64,000 bases of DNA from Antedon mediterranea. Its lineage: Eukaryota > Animalia > Echinodermata. The notes beneath the pieces were generated by a model that saw nothing but the letters and a program-made list of their open reading frames with translations, did not search any database and had not been told where the DNA came from. Positions 52,811 to 64,000 of this stretch are shown piece after piece. Where the stretch lies: contig NC_092679.1 of NCBI RefSeq assembly GCF_964355755.1, forward strand, positions 5,982,201-6,046,200, read 5' to 3'. The first letter of the stretch is position 1, and the number at the start of each line of letters is the position of its first letter. The position numbers and the translations under genes are program-made.

Positions 52811-53677
52811 TATTATGTAGCGCAAGCGGTTGTAAAGTTATACACTAATTAAAATAGAGGCCATTTTGGACGCCATCTTGGATTTCTAAGAGAGCACAAA
52901 GGATTGTTCCAATCATAGTTCTGGACCTTTTCTGATAAAATCAGCTTGTTACGAGAAATGTCTGGGTCTTCCTATATTTATGAACTAGCTCTTGGACACA
53001 GTTATAATAATATTTACATACAGCATAATTATAGTGTAGGTTACATTCAACATAACATTTTTGTATAAATCTTCTGCAATTTTACTCTATTGAGGTATGT
53101 TAGTAGTATGGTTTGGGGGAAAGCAGGCGTAATGTCGGTAGTACGACCAGTGTCATCTTTTTATCCACCTCATTCTCAATTTGAAGTCACAAAGACAAAA
53201 CTCCACATCATCAAGGTTCCTGCAAGGGTCAGAAAAATCTAAAAAAATATTTTTTTTAAATATATATTTAATGTCTGGATGTAATAGACTTAATTTAATT
53301 GCAAACTTAAATTATTATTGTTATTATAACAATATGACTGGGTAATGACAAAAAGATCGATGTTGTTATGGTCCTCATGGCCGCCCATACAAATACACTT
53401 CATCATTCTGCCTTCTTTGGCGGCCACCACCACCACCACCAAGGATCGAGAGACGTTTGAACGAGCAGGTAAAATTTATACTCTATTAGGTATTTTAGTA
53501 ATGTAGGCCTAGCTATTATTAGTGATGCTAATGCACTTTCTCTAGCTTACGTAATTAACTAGGCCTAATTTAAAAACATTAATCCGGTGCGCAGCGATGA
53601 TAATGGTGAGCGACCGTGAAGTCACGCCAGTTTTGGTGGTCATCTGGCTGGCAGAGTACTGTCTTTTCCCACTTCCA

Positions 53678-54475
53678 CAGAGCCATATACCATATAAAGA
53701 GTTACGACATTGGATTATAGTCACGTGATATGCAGATCAAATTGTGTCAAACTTGTCTCCGTTAATGCATGTAAAATATAGGAGCAACAAAGTACTTTCA
53801 ACTTTTTCTTATATTAAAAAAAATGTGATTGCACATTTTACGGTGAAATATCGACGTACAGAAGTACTTGCGGCAAAGAATATGCGCTAGTACATTATAA
53901 AGTTCGATTGATTGATTTTGGAACGAAACATCCCATAACTACGTCCTATTAATAACAATAATATTTTCAATTCATAATGCATGCTTTGATGACTAAATAA
54001 AATAATAAAGTGTCGTGGATATATTTGTTAATATGCTGAAAAGGGTATGAACAATATTAAAATAATAAAGGCAAATGATTACAAATGAAATGATGAACGA
54101 GTCTCTGAAAATTTGTGTCAAAAACACACAGAGAGCCATATATACTGTATAAAAAGAGGGGTGAATTTGTTTGTTTTTTGTATTGGTTCATGCTTTGATG
54201 TATCCTGACTTTCTGTAGGCCCTAACATTTATTCTTTTGTTATTATAGACACAATATATATATATGTTACCAAATTAATACCATTAATAAAATTAATTAC
54301 TAAAATAAAAACGGAATATAAGCGTTATTTCATAGACCAAAAAATCTAAAAATAATGCATGAACTACAGGAAAACGCTATACAAAATAGACGCGCGCGCC
54401 CTCAGCGTGCGAATTCTTTGACACAAAAATGGCTTCTAATTTTCAATGTCGTAACTCTTTATATATATGGCTCTG
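53678..54475. mobile_element. MITE with TIR CAGAGCCATATA..TAAAGAGTTACGACATTG
   Basis: Inverted repeats at 53678-53713 and 54444-54475. The flanks cacttcca / tttttcca only partly match as a TSD. Confidence 0.6.
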
Positions 54476-54672
54476 TTTTTCCAGCAGTAAGGACGCCGCC
54501 ACGAAGGTCACAAAAAAGTCCTCCCTCACAACAGTGTCAGTGTCAACTCTCCAAAGCCAGAACCAGCTTAAAAAGTGCTTATTTTATTTAAAAATATTTG
54601 CTTATTTATTACTGGTATGCCTAGGTCACTGACTTAAGGGTGGCCCGTCTTTAAACTTTCTATTCTTAACTT

Positions 54673-54989
54673 ATTGAATTGAATTGAAATATATATTTAT
54701 ACTGGGTAACCTCTTCAGTCAAAGACTGGTCTCCCAGAGGGCCCAGTTATGATCAGGGGCTATGATGTACTAATACACCGGGGTAACCCCCTACTCGTCT
54801 CGAAAGATGTACTAGGTTCTTTAAAGTGCACACGAGCTAGATGTGTACACTGGACCTACGGTTTATAGTCCTTATCCGAGAAGACTCGTTCTACCACCAG
54901 AACCATGGAGTGAGTGAGCCTCGAACCCCTGCCGATGTTATGGCTACGTAATTACGGTTCAACTGTCTTAACCGCTCGGCCACTCACTC
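54673..54989 (-). mobile_element. Same Deu/Nin-like SINE, full length
   Basis: Near-identical to 6452-6765. Confidence 0.85.
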
Positions 54990-57900
54990 ACTTATAAAAC
55001 CGGTATCTTTGCAACAACATTCCCTTCTAATTTACTGACAGCAATGAAACCGAACAAACATAAAAAAATAAGACCCGTTTTCAAAAGTGGTGCTGCAGAA
55101 CTTTTTTCTAGTGACAGTGGTAAAATATAGGAAATGTCAATTTGTGACATCTTAAAGAAAAAAAAACCAATAAATTTTATATAAATAAAAAAATACTATT
55201 TTTAATTACAAATAGTTTCGTGGACAATTGTAGTTGAAAATTAGTCCAAAAAAATAGTCAAATTCTTCAATAAAATTTCTTATAACTAAACTACATTATA
55301 AATAAGCTCGGAGCTACCCTTCAGAAAATTGTTTTGTTTGTCTTGGTGATTTTGAAGATTCATCAAAATGTAATTTATTTTCTCATTTGTAAATGAATCA
55401 TTCTGATTGGCTAATGAGCTGTCACAAGTGATTGGGCTTCAACAATGCTTTACATTATGCAAATTCTTATTTTTCATAGATTCATTGCTTCTGGTTGGTT
55501 GACCATTTTTTAGATTTAAGTACAGAAAGATGCTCTTTTGTCTTTTAATGAAAACTTTTGATGAGAGGTACTTGGCCTTATTAAAGATTGATAAGTGATA
55601 CCAATGAGAGAGTTCTTTAGCTAAAGTACAGGTAAGAACGATTATTCATTTCTATTTTATTAAACTTTCTGTCATAGCTATCTGCTGTCTATGTTGTGTT
55701 GTCACATTTATTAGACATATTTATTAAATAAGAAATCCTAAATGTTAGTTTTACTGGTCAATTTGATATACCGGTAAATTGAGGAATCAGACGGACGAAC
55801 AAACAGGTTTAAACATGTTTTTGCCACATACTTTATAATGTTCCTGACTGAAGGAGGAACCATTTATGTCTGGAAATCTCATTAGCTATCTTATGAAATA
55901 ACCCATTGTAATATTGTTGTAAGATTTTACCACAAACCTGTTTAGATTTGACTGTATCCTTTCATTCAATCATAAAACCTTTTTTGTAAATTCACGCTTG
56001 GAAAACAAGACATTTAAGATTTTTCATAATTGTTCATTGAAAATTGTTTTTAAAAAGTAGCTAATTTGTGCTGGTTGTGTATGAAAAATTACTGATAGTT
56101 TTTAGTGTAACATTTAGTATGGATTGATTGCTAGGTTTTGTAGAACAAGCTAAGGAAGGTATGCTAGTGTATTACAAATTGAATAAAAGCCCTCTGCTAA
56201 ATTGCAATATATTTTAGTAGATTCAAAGCAAAATTAATATTAGAGGTAAGCTCTTAATAAAGTGGTATGCAATTTGAAAATGAATCATACCACACAGATT
56301 AAACCAAAGATATATTGGAATGTCCCCCTAAAAAATAATTGAAAACTTTTTTTTTTATTTTTCATTTTAATGTCACATTAGTTTGTTCACTTTGACCAAA
56401 AACTGGATCGAAAAATAAATTTAATTTAAAGCAAAATTACTTTAGTTTTTTAATACTTTAGTCTGTTAGAAAATGAGTTTTTGGTTAAAATTAACTTTTG
56501 TCTTTTTATAATATAAGTGAAATAATTATATTTTGGGGTTTTTTTTTAATACAGAAGTGAATATCTTTATTAAAACTGCAAGATTACATATTTAAGTCTG
56601 ATTATATTAATCTTCATTTTTCATGTTTTTGGGGGAACAATACACCTTTAAGGAGACACTTTGATGGGTCTCAAAGGTGTCCATTTAATAGGGATTCTAC
56701 TGAAACAATAATGGAACTATTGGTATAATTTCTGAATACACACTATGGCACCACTTAGTCGCCATCAAACTTAAAATACTGACTCAAAGAATTAAAGTAT
56801 TTTGTAAATCAATTGTTACAATACATTATAGTCTGTGGGTATGGATATGATACATCCTTTTGTGTATTATTGTTCTTAATTTATTAACCAGAAAACAATG
56901 CATAATATTGATAAATGAACCGTACCTTAATTAAAATAAATAAATATTGTTGTGTAATAATTTTATCCCTTCAATGTACAATGTTACAGAAATATGTCTA
57001 TATTGTCATACCAGATGGTATTGAGAAATCAATTCCTAAATCGTCAGAGCAGATTTTTTCAAACATAAAACTGTGTTTTAGATACAGGTGTTGTTTAGTC
57101 TAATAAATAAAGTTTTTAAAATGTTGGTTTTCATTTCAAAGCTCAATTAAAATTTTCTATCTATCTATCTGCTGCCCTCTATATATTTGTTTGTTACAAC
57201 TTTTTTTTAAACTAGCAACAAACTAATGTGTGTTGGAACCATGGCGGTATGGTAAATACAAGATAGACTCGAAAAGAAGCCCATACTAGCTTTATTTCGA
57301 GATGGGCTTCTAAAGGTTTTACAGTATCCAAATGATTTCAAACTAATGGGAGGAGTGTGTGTGAGTTAAGATAAGATGCTTTGCCATTTCCGGGAACACA
57401 TACTAATATCAATTTTTTTTTACGATATTATTTATGTTCTTTTCCACTTCCCTCTCCTTAAAAAAACGTTTTGTGCAGTCATTAACCCTTTAAACAAAAT
57501 TCAGTTCATTTTTCTCCGATAATCATCTTAATATAGATTTGATCAAACCACACATTATATTGATTCAGCACAAGGTCAAATACAAGGTCATTTATTATGT
57601 AAACCATATGTAGTTTATCTATTGCCATTGTTAAGATCCATCTATAACCTTACAGCATCCTTATGAACTTGCGTTACCTTTTATTATTTCTCACTTCGAT
57701 ATTTTTTATTAAGAACATTGATTAATTTTTTTTCTAAAATGTCATTTAATGTCATAATTAATATTTTCATTTGGCTTTGAAATTAACATTCTCCCGGCGA
57801 CAGTTGATGTCTTATATTTGCAGGTTCTAAAAAAACCTTTATATGAATTAATAAACATAGATTGTTGTGAATATATGCCATTTTAATAGTTATTCACTTT

Positions 57901-58147
57901 GACCAAAAATTGGATTTGGAAAAAAATGAAAAAAAAAAAACATAATACAAAGCAAAAACAATTGTCTGTCGGGTGATGGTTTTTTTTAACTGTTTAAACT
58001 TATCTTTTTATTAAGTGAAATTATTATTTTTTTTTGTTTTTTTTGATGGAATAACTTAAACTGCAAAATGGCCTATTCAAAATCTGATATTATTATTCTT
58101 CATTTTTGGTAGAAAATACATTTTTAAATAAGGTGCATAGAGGAAAA

Positions 58148-58390
58148 TTAAAACTAACAACATCTTGTGACAAAACTAACAACAACTTGTGACAAAACTA
58201 ACATCTCGTGACAAAACTAACATCTCACATCAAAATTAAAATCTCACAGTAAAACTAACATAACATCGCACAACAAAATGAACATCAACCAATTTACCAT
58301 CTCAAAACAAAACTGACATCTCACAAAGAAACTGAAATCTCATAGTAAAACTAATATCTTCCGCAACACAATTAACATCTAAAACAACAC
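58148..58390. repeat. Degenerate ~19-22-bp tandem repeat (AAAACTAACATCTCAC..)
   Basis: Seen directly. Confidence 0.65.
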
Positions 58391-58940
58391 TTGGGCGTAA
58401 ACAAATTATTTATTTGTAACATTGAAACGTGCTAGGAAACGCACAAAACAAGGCTATCTATCTTACAGTGTCACCACATGTTCAATGTGCATTCAATTTC
58501 ATTTTCTATTATAAAAGAAAGTTGGTATTTCTTTCAAAGAAATAGTAGAATTTATAGATGTTTTCTGTGCACGTAGTCCACAAAAGACTTCTCATTCTTG
58601 TGGCAACTGAGTAGGGAGTCGGACAACTTCCTTGTTTGCAACATTTCTTTGGGATTTTTTGACAATTACGAAGAAATTACAAAATCCTGAAGATTGTAAT
58701 GTTACAGCCAATTTGATTATTTATCATGGTATTATATATTTTTGTTTTTACTTATATTTATAATGTATTTAAAAATTGGTATTGCACTCTGAGAAAGTTT
58801 GATGATAAATATACAAAAACAAATGTTTAAATCAGTCTAACTTAATACATGATTTTCTTTATTTTATGAATGATATCTCATTAAGCATGATGTTGTTTTG
58901 TTTTTATACAGGTTGTTTAAAAGAATACATATTAGCCAAT

Positions 58941-59142
58941 ATGGACTATCTGGATCCTCGTCAAGAAAGAAAGTTATCTAAGAAGAAGTTGGAAGCCAAA
59001 CAGTTATCACTGCAAGGAACCACCAATTATGGAATGACATTGGACGAAATTGAAATGAATTACATGGTACCGCAAGAAATGCCAGAATTACCCCCAGCGC
59101 CATCTACAAAGCCTCGCCCTAATTTTCATAGATACGTCAAAA
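58941..59142 (+). CDS. First coding exon of an unidentified gene (MDYLDPRQERKLSKKKLEAK...PRPNFHRYVK)
   Basis: Acceptor tttatacag at 58911, ATG at 58941, open frame with protein-like composition, strong phase-1 donor A|GTAAGT. Candidate upstream non-coding exons end at 54614 and span 55480-55631. Confidence 0.6.
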
Positions 59143-61000
59143 GTAAGTACTGTTAACAATTATCATGTACAAAGTGCCCTTTTTTCATTGTAAGCTATTT
59201 CTTAAAACTTTAGTTCTTGGAATTTCTTTGAGTCTAAACTTAATCTAGTCTAGCCAACATTTAATGACTAACACGGAAGCGTGTTTTTCTCTAGTTTATG
59301 ATTATCGAAAGGGGTTTTGTTACAGGTGTGAAGAGGAAATAAGGTAGAAATTTACAGAAGGTACATTTGAGATATTTAATGACTTACCGATGTGGAAAAT
59401 CTGTAACTAATACATTAAAATTTAACAATCATTCATTTCATCAATTGCCATACAAATAATACAGAGCATAAAATAAGGATCAACCTAGAAGTAACTTGTC
59501 TTAGTTGGCCCTTTAACATGGTAACAAAAATAATAACAACAAGTGAGAATATGATGAAGCATCAGTAATAATAATAATACAAATTAAATGTATAATGTTT
59601 AAGTAAATATTTCACTCACTATTGGTTTTTATAATGGTTAAGGAATTTGTAAAGAGAAAAAACCAAAGTTTTGCTGTTCAAGGAAATAGGAGAAAATGAA
59701 AGATCAGAGACAGAAACAAAACTCAGGCTTGAAAAAGAAAATTGTGGTATTAAATCCGTGGAGATTTGCAGTAAAAAAATTTCATAAACTTCACCTGATG
59801 TTTGTTTTTGTGAATGCCATATTTGAAATAGTATTTTCAAAAGTACTTCTTAATTTATCTAACCAAATTAAATGCAAAATTAGACTAGGTAACATTTTTT
59901 TTTCAATTAGTTAGTTTTTCTTATCACTTCCTGTCTTTAAAATCTTTTATATGCAGAAGGAGGATCTGTAATAATTACTATAATTGATTTATAACTGCAG
60001 CTGTAACAACATCTACAAACAAAATGCTGAAGTCGGAATATTATATTATTTATCCTCTTATTTTATGAGTCATGCAGAAAGGCATGAAATTGGCTAAATT
60101 TCAAAAAAATCTGGAAAGAAACTGGATATCTAATAACATGTTACTAAATTTATTTCCTGTCAACAACACATTTATTATTATTTTTTCAATGTGTAAAATA
60201 ATAAGTTTGCTGCCTTCACTTCACTCAGACTAAAGGTTTAGAGTTTTAATTGCACCCACAGGATAAAATGGGGTTCAAAACGGGTCAATTTAGAATCTTA
60301 AAGAACCTGTTGTGGTTTTAAAATTTAATCTTACGTGTACAATTTCCTGTTCGATCTAGAGCCAAGCCTTAAATAATAATACTGGAAAAATTATTATTAG
60401 GGTACAAGTGTATATTCAAGACGCTTTCGGATAATAACATTTAGTATCATCTTGTTTTATCTTTAACTTAACTTGTAAAGATTTCTCTACAGCTGAATTC
60501 ATTTTAGAAGTTTTTTTTGTATCAGGAATTTACTTTGCTAAATTGTGAAGCCTTGTGAAAGGAATAACTTTGAAGATTTTCTTTTTGGAAATAACATTTT
60601 TACGGGAAGTTAACAATGTATCCAGACGAAATTACAATACAAAACGCGACGAGTCCACTTGGACAACAAGTGCTTTCTTACCACCATGGGACTTATTTTT
60701 GTAAGTTTGTGAGATATTTTTGCTATTGTCTAGTAGCACTATATAGTAGTATTATAAATATAATTGTTTGTTCAACCAAGTTTTATTCATGATAGAACAA
60801 ATTTAAATAAGGCGTGTTGGATTCATTGGTTTGTTAGTATAGCCATTATATAGTTTTATTATAAAAATCCTAGATCAAAAATGGATTGAAGGATTCTTTC
60901 AAATTATTCTGTTAACAAATTTAAATATGATTGTAAATGTTCTGGTTTATAGTGTTAAATGAATTTCATAATTTTTTTTTATGTTTGTTTGTTTGTTCAT

Positions 61001-61245
61001 TTTTATACTGGGTGACCTCTTCAGTCAAAGACTGATCTCCCAGTGGACCCAGTTGGTGATCAGAGGCTGTGATGTACTAATACACCGGGGTAACCCCCTA
61101 CTCGTCTCGAAAGATGTACTAGGTTCTTTAAAGTGCACACGAGCTAGTTGTGTACACTGGACCTACGGTTTATAGTCCTTATCCGAGAAGACTCGTTCTA
61201 CCACCAGAACCAGGGAGTGAGTGAGCCTCGAACCCTTGCCGATGT
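61001..61245 (-). mobile_element. Same SINE, 5'-truncated
   Basis: Matches 6475-6715 and lacks the A box. Confidence 0.8.
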
Positions 61246-64000
61246 ATGAAACTACTAAAATAAAGCTGTGTGTTTAAAAATCAATGAAACTGTTTGTGGT
61301 ACTTCTTTACCATCTAAGTTTTTTTTTATTTCAACATGGTTTTTGTAGAAAAGAAATTTCCAAATTCAAAGTAGAAATGTGTATTGTATTGTGGAAAATA
61401 CAACAGATTATGTAGTGTACTCTGTATAGAGAAGAATAACACAGTTTATAAATCAACAAAAATCTAAAAATTTACCACACCTCCTCTCGATCTGCTCCAG
61501 ATAAATTATTTTGAAATTAATAAAACTATCTTAAATAAATAAACTTCTAATAGACATAATGGTTTTTATATGGTACAATATTTGCTGTTAATTTTATGAT
61601 ACTAGTTTCTATCACCTCTCTTGATATCAAACAACAAATGTCATTGGCTGTTCTGTAGTTTGTTGATCAAATTCTGTACAACCAAAATAAACATGTGCAT
61701 TACTTTGTTAGGAGCAAACTTTGTACCTTAGAATTTCCTTCAGCGTGCCATACAGAGGTTCCTGTTCTATAAGCCAATTTGATCATAAATAATTTTATTG
61801 CTTAATCTATTTATTTAGATCCTTGATATTATAGCAATTTTTATGATTCAATTTGAATACTGCCATAGCTGATGTTAGCTACTGTATTCTTAGTCGACAG
61901 TAACATACTATTCTAAAAGTTTGCAAATTTTTGACGGATTTATTGAGGTGTATAACTTCAGCAGAATAATTGAACTATTTCTAGCCACGTTTTAACTGGA
62001 AACGAAAACATTTATAAACTTCTTACGAGTAGTGAAGGAATAACTTTTTATAGTATAATCTGCAATTGTTTCCAAAATGATTTGTCCAGTATCTATGGAA
62101 CTTGACCATGCAGGAGAGACTAGCTGTGATGATAATAATGGTGAGTTAACTACTCTAACCTTGTATTCTTCCTCTGGATGTAGAGGAGGTACATCTACAA
62201 GCTAATCTTATAAATATTAGCTAATAATATAACTTTTACTTCCTTAAAGGTAAAGTGATGAAAAAGTTATATTTTCATAAATAAATTCATGGGGATCCTC
62301 ATTTATTATCTTAACTCCATTCTCTCTCCCTCTTGAAACGTTTTTCGGCATTTCAACATTATGCTTTCCACGATTTGTTTCCACATTTTTCTGTTTTGGG
62401 CAGGATGGTTTACTATGCTAAAGTTTACATTTTTCCTTTTAAATCTTTTTTTATTTGGTTATATTACCCAAAATAAAATTATAAGAAAAAAGGTTTTATT
62501 TTACTTGCAAGAAGATATGGTTGACATTTATGAAGAGGGGTTTTCTACTTTTAGTGGCATTAGAGCTTGCTCCTGAGGCAGAATAGGCTGTTGTTGGTTT
62601 ATCCAGCTCAGGTAAGCGGCACTACAAACATCACTGTTGGCATATAAGAATATATGGAGGTGAACTTCTCTTTATCATGGATGGGGTTAATCAGCACTAT
62701 CTGGCTACAATATCTGTATTTATTTATTTGTAGGGCTATTTATATATTAACTGAAGATTTAATCTCGGCTACCAAATATATTATCTATTTGAACATCATC
62801 TCCTCATTTTGATTGGTATTAAAACTGGAATGTGTAAAAAAAGGAAAAACATTTTTCTTGATCAATGTATGTCTGTCATCACTGGTTTCTGTGTCTTTTA
62901 AGTATTGGAGAGAATGACTATGACATCATTGGTACGTACTGTACTGGAGAATCGTGAGAAGCGACTACTCTGTACGTCTATACATATCTTATTTGTGCTT
63001 TCGCTTTGTAATCACAAGTCAGGGGCGCCTAGGTGGGCTTTCCACTTCACTACAACACAACAACCAATCATGAACTCATCCAAACTGTCATGCTAGTGAT
63101 TGGTCAACTCACTTGTGTTTCACGTACACCCTTACGATACAGTACGTCCAAGTGGAAACCCAGCTTGACCACAGCAACTGTATTGAATAATTATTTAATC
63201 GTGGACGTTGGCATGTTGGTCAAGATAGGATTGATAGGCACAACTGATTATTTTGTTGATTTAGTCCAAATGGTCAAATTCTTTCAAGGTAGAAATACAG
63301 TACTTGCATTGAAAACACTTGAATGATGCAAATAACAGATTACAGTACATTGATTAATACAGATACATTACTATAAAAAATATGTTTACTTTTAGGAATG
63401 TTTGTGGCTATAATATTCACATTCAGACTGGTCAAACAAATATTAGCTATAGGTCTTCATTAATGAAGAAATTTATGTTAACAAATGCTTAAAGAGAAAT
63501 ACTGTTGTAGGATTCACACTACAGTTGAGTAATTTGATGACTTCTCCAAATCTATATAGTAATTCTAGTTGAGTGCATCAAGTCATAGGTACTATGGAAC
63601 CTTGTTAATACTGTTTTCAACAAGTTAAAATGTACAGTATGGTATTAACAAAAGGTTACGCTCAACCATAGCTAAACACAAGAGCCATTATGACTCTAAA
63701 ACCCATCACAATAGTACAATAGCTAAGGATGTACTTTACCGTACATGGCATACAATTAAACTTTTCCAAACCCTGTATGGAAAATCAGTGAAGCATGACC
63801 TGACTCAGTAGTGACGTTTCTTTAGGACCATGTTTTTTTTGCCCTGAGCACAACCCGTCACTCTGATCCAGTTCCTTCCTCTAGTTTTTACTCTCAAAAT
63901 AGTAATATCTGTACTAAGTTGGAGGGCAAGTGTACTATTTGATTCAGAAGTAATAATATCTGTTTGTTAGGCTTACCATCAATATGGATCAAAGTCAGGA

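Noticed and set aside
52855-52990. Transposon end enclosing the satellite
   Set aside because: A GCCATCTTGGA-type motif is present, but no matching left end or TSD was found.
53225-53410. Box C/D snoRNA
   Set aside because: ATGATGA is present, but the nearest CTGA is ~170 nt away across AT-rich sequence, with no terminal stem or recognisable rRNA guide.
59327-59360. Next coding exon of the unidentified gene
   Set aside because: Splicing from the phase-1 donor at 59142 reaches a stop after five codons.

Overview
AT-rich, intron-rich animal genomic DNA. Echinoderm-like origin is an inference from Deu/Nin- and CORE-type SINEs and frequent TAGGCCTA. Contents: (1) the 5' six coding exons of a serine palmitoyltransferase catalytic subunit gene (SPTLC2/3, minus strand, running off the left edge); (2) five complete 8-exon type-I acyl-CoA thioesterase / BAAT-family genes, four on minus and one on plus, all with PTS1-type ends (SKL x4, SNL x1). 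The divergent copy 1 has a BAAT-like Cys nucleophile, copy 3 is a copy-2/copy-4 chimera at the junction of an ~8 kb tandem duplication, and copy 5 has a possible mitochondrial presequence; (3) the 5' region of an unidentified plus-strand gene with several candidate alternative first exons; (4) many mobile elements: a young 5'-truncated CR1/L2-group LINE, two Penelope-like families with minimal hammerhead ribozymes, a Zator-like transposon nested in a foldback element, P-type MITEs and apparent excision footprints, Harbinger and pogo MITEs, three SINE families, and mini/satellites. Exon coordinates were read by hand from GT-AG signals and frame continuity. No database search was run. I found no evidence of a wholly new system; the most promising leads are within the ACOT/BAAT cluster.
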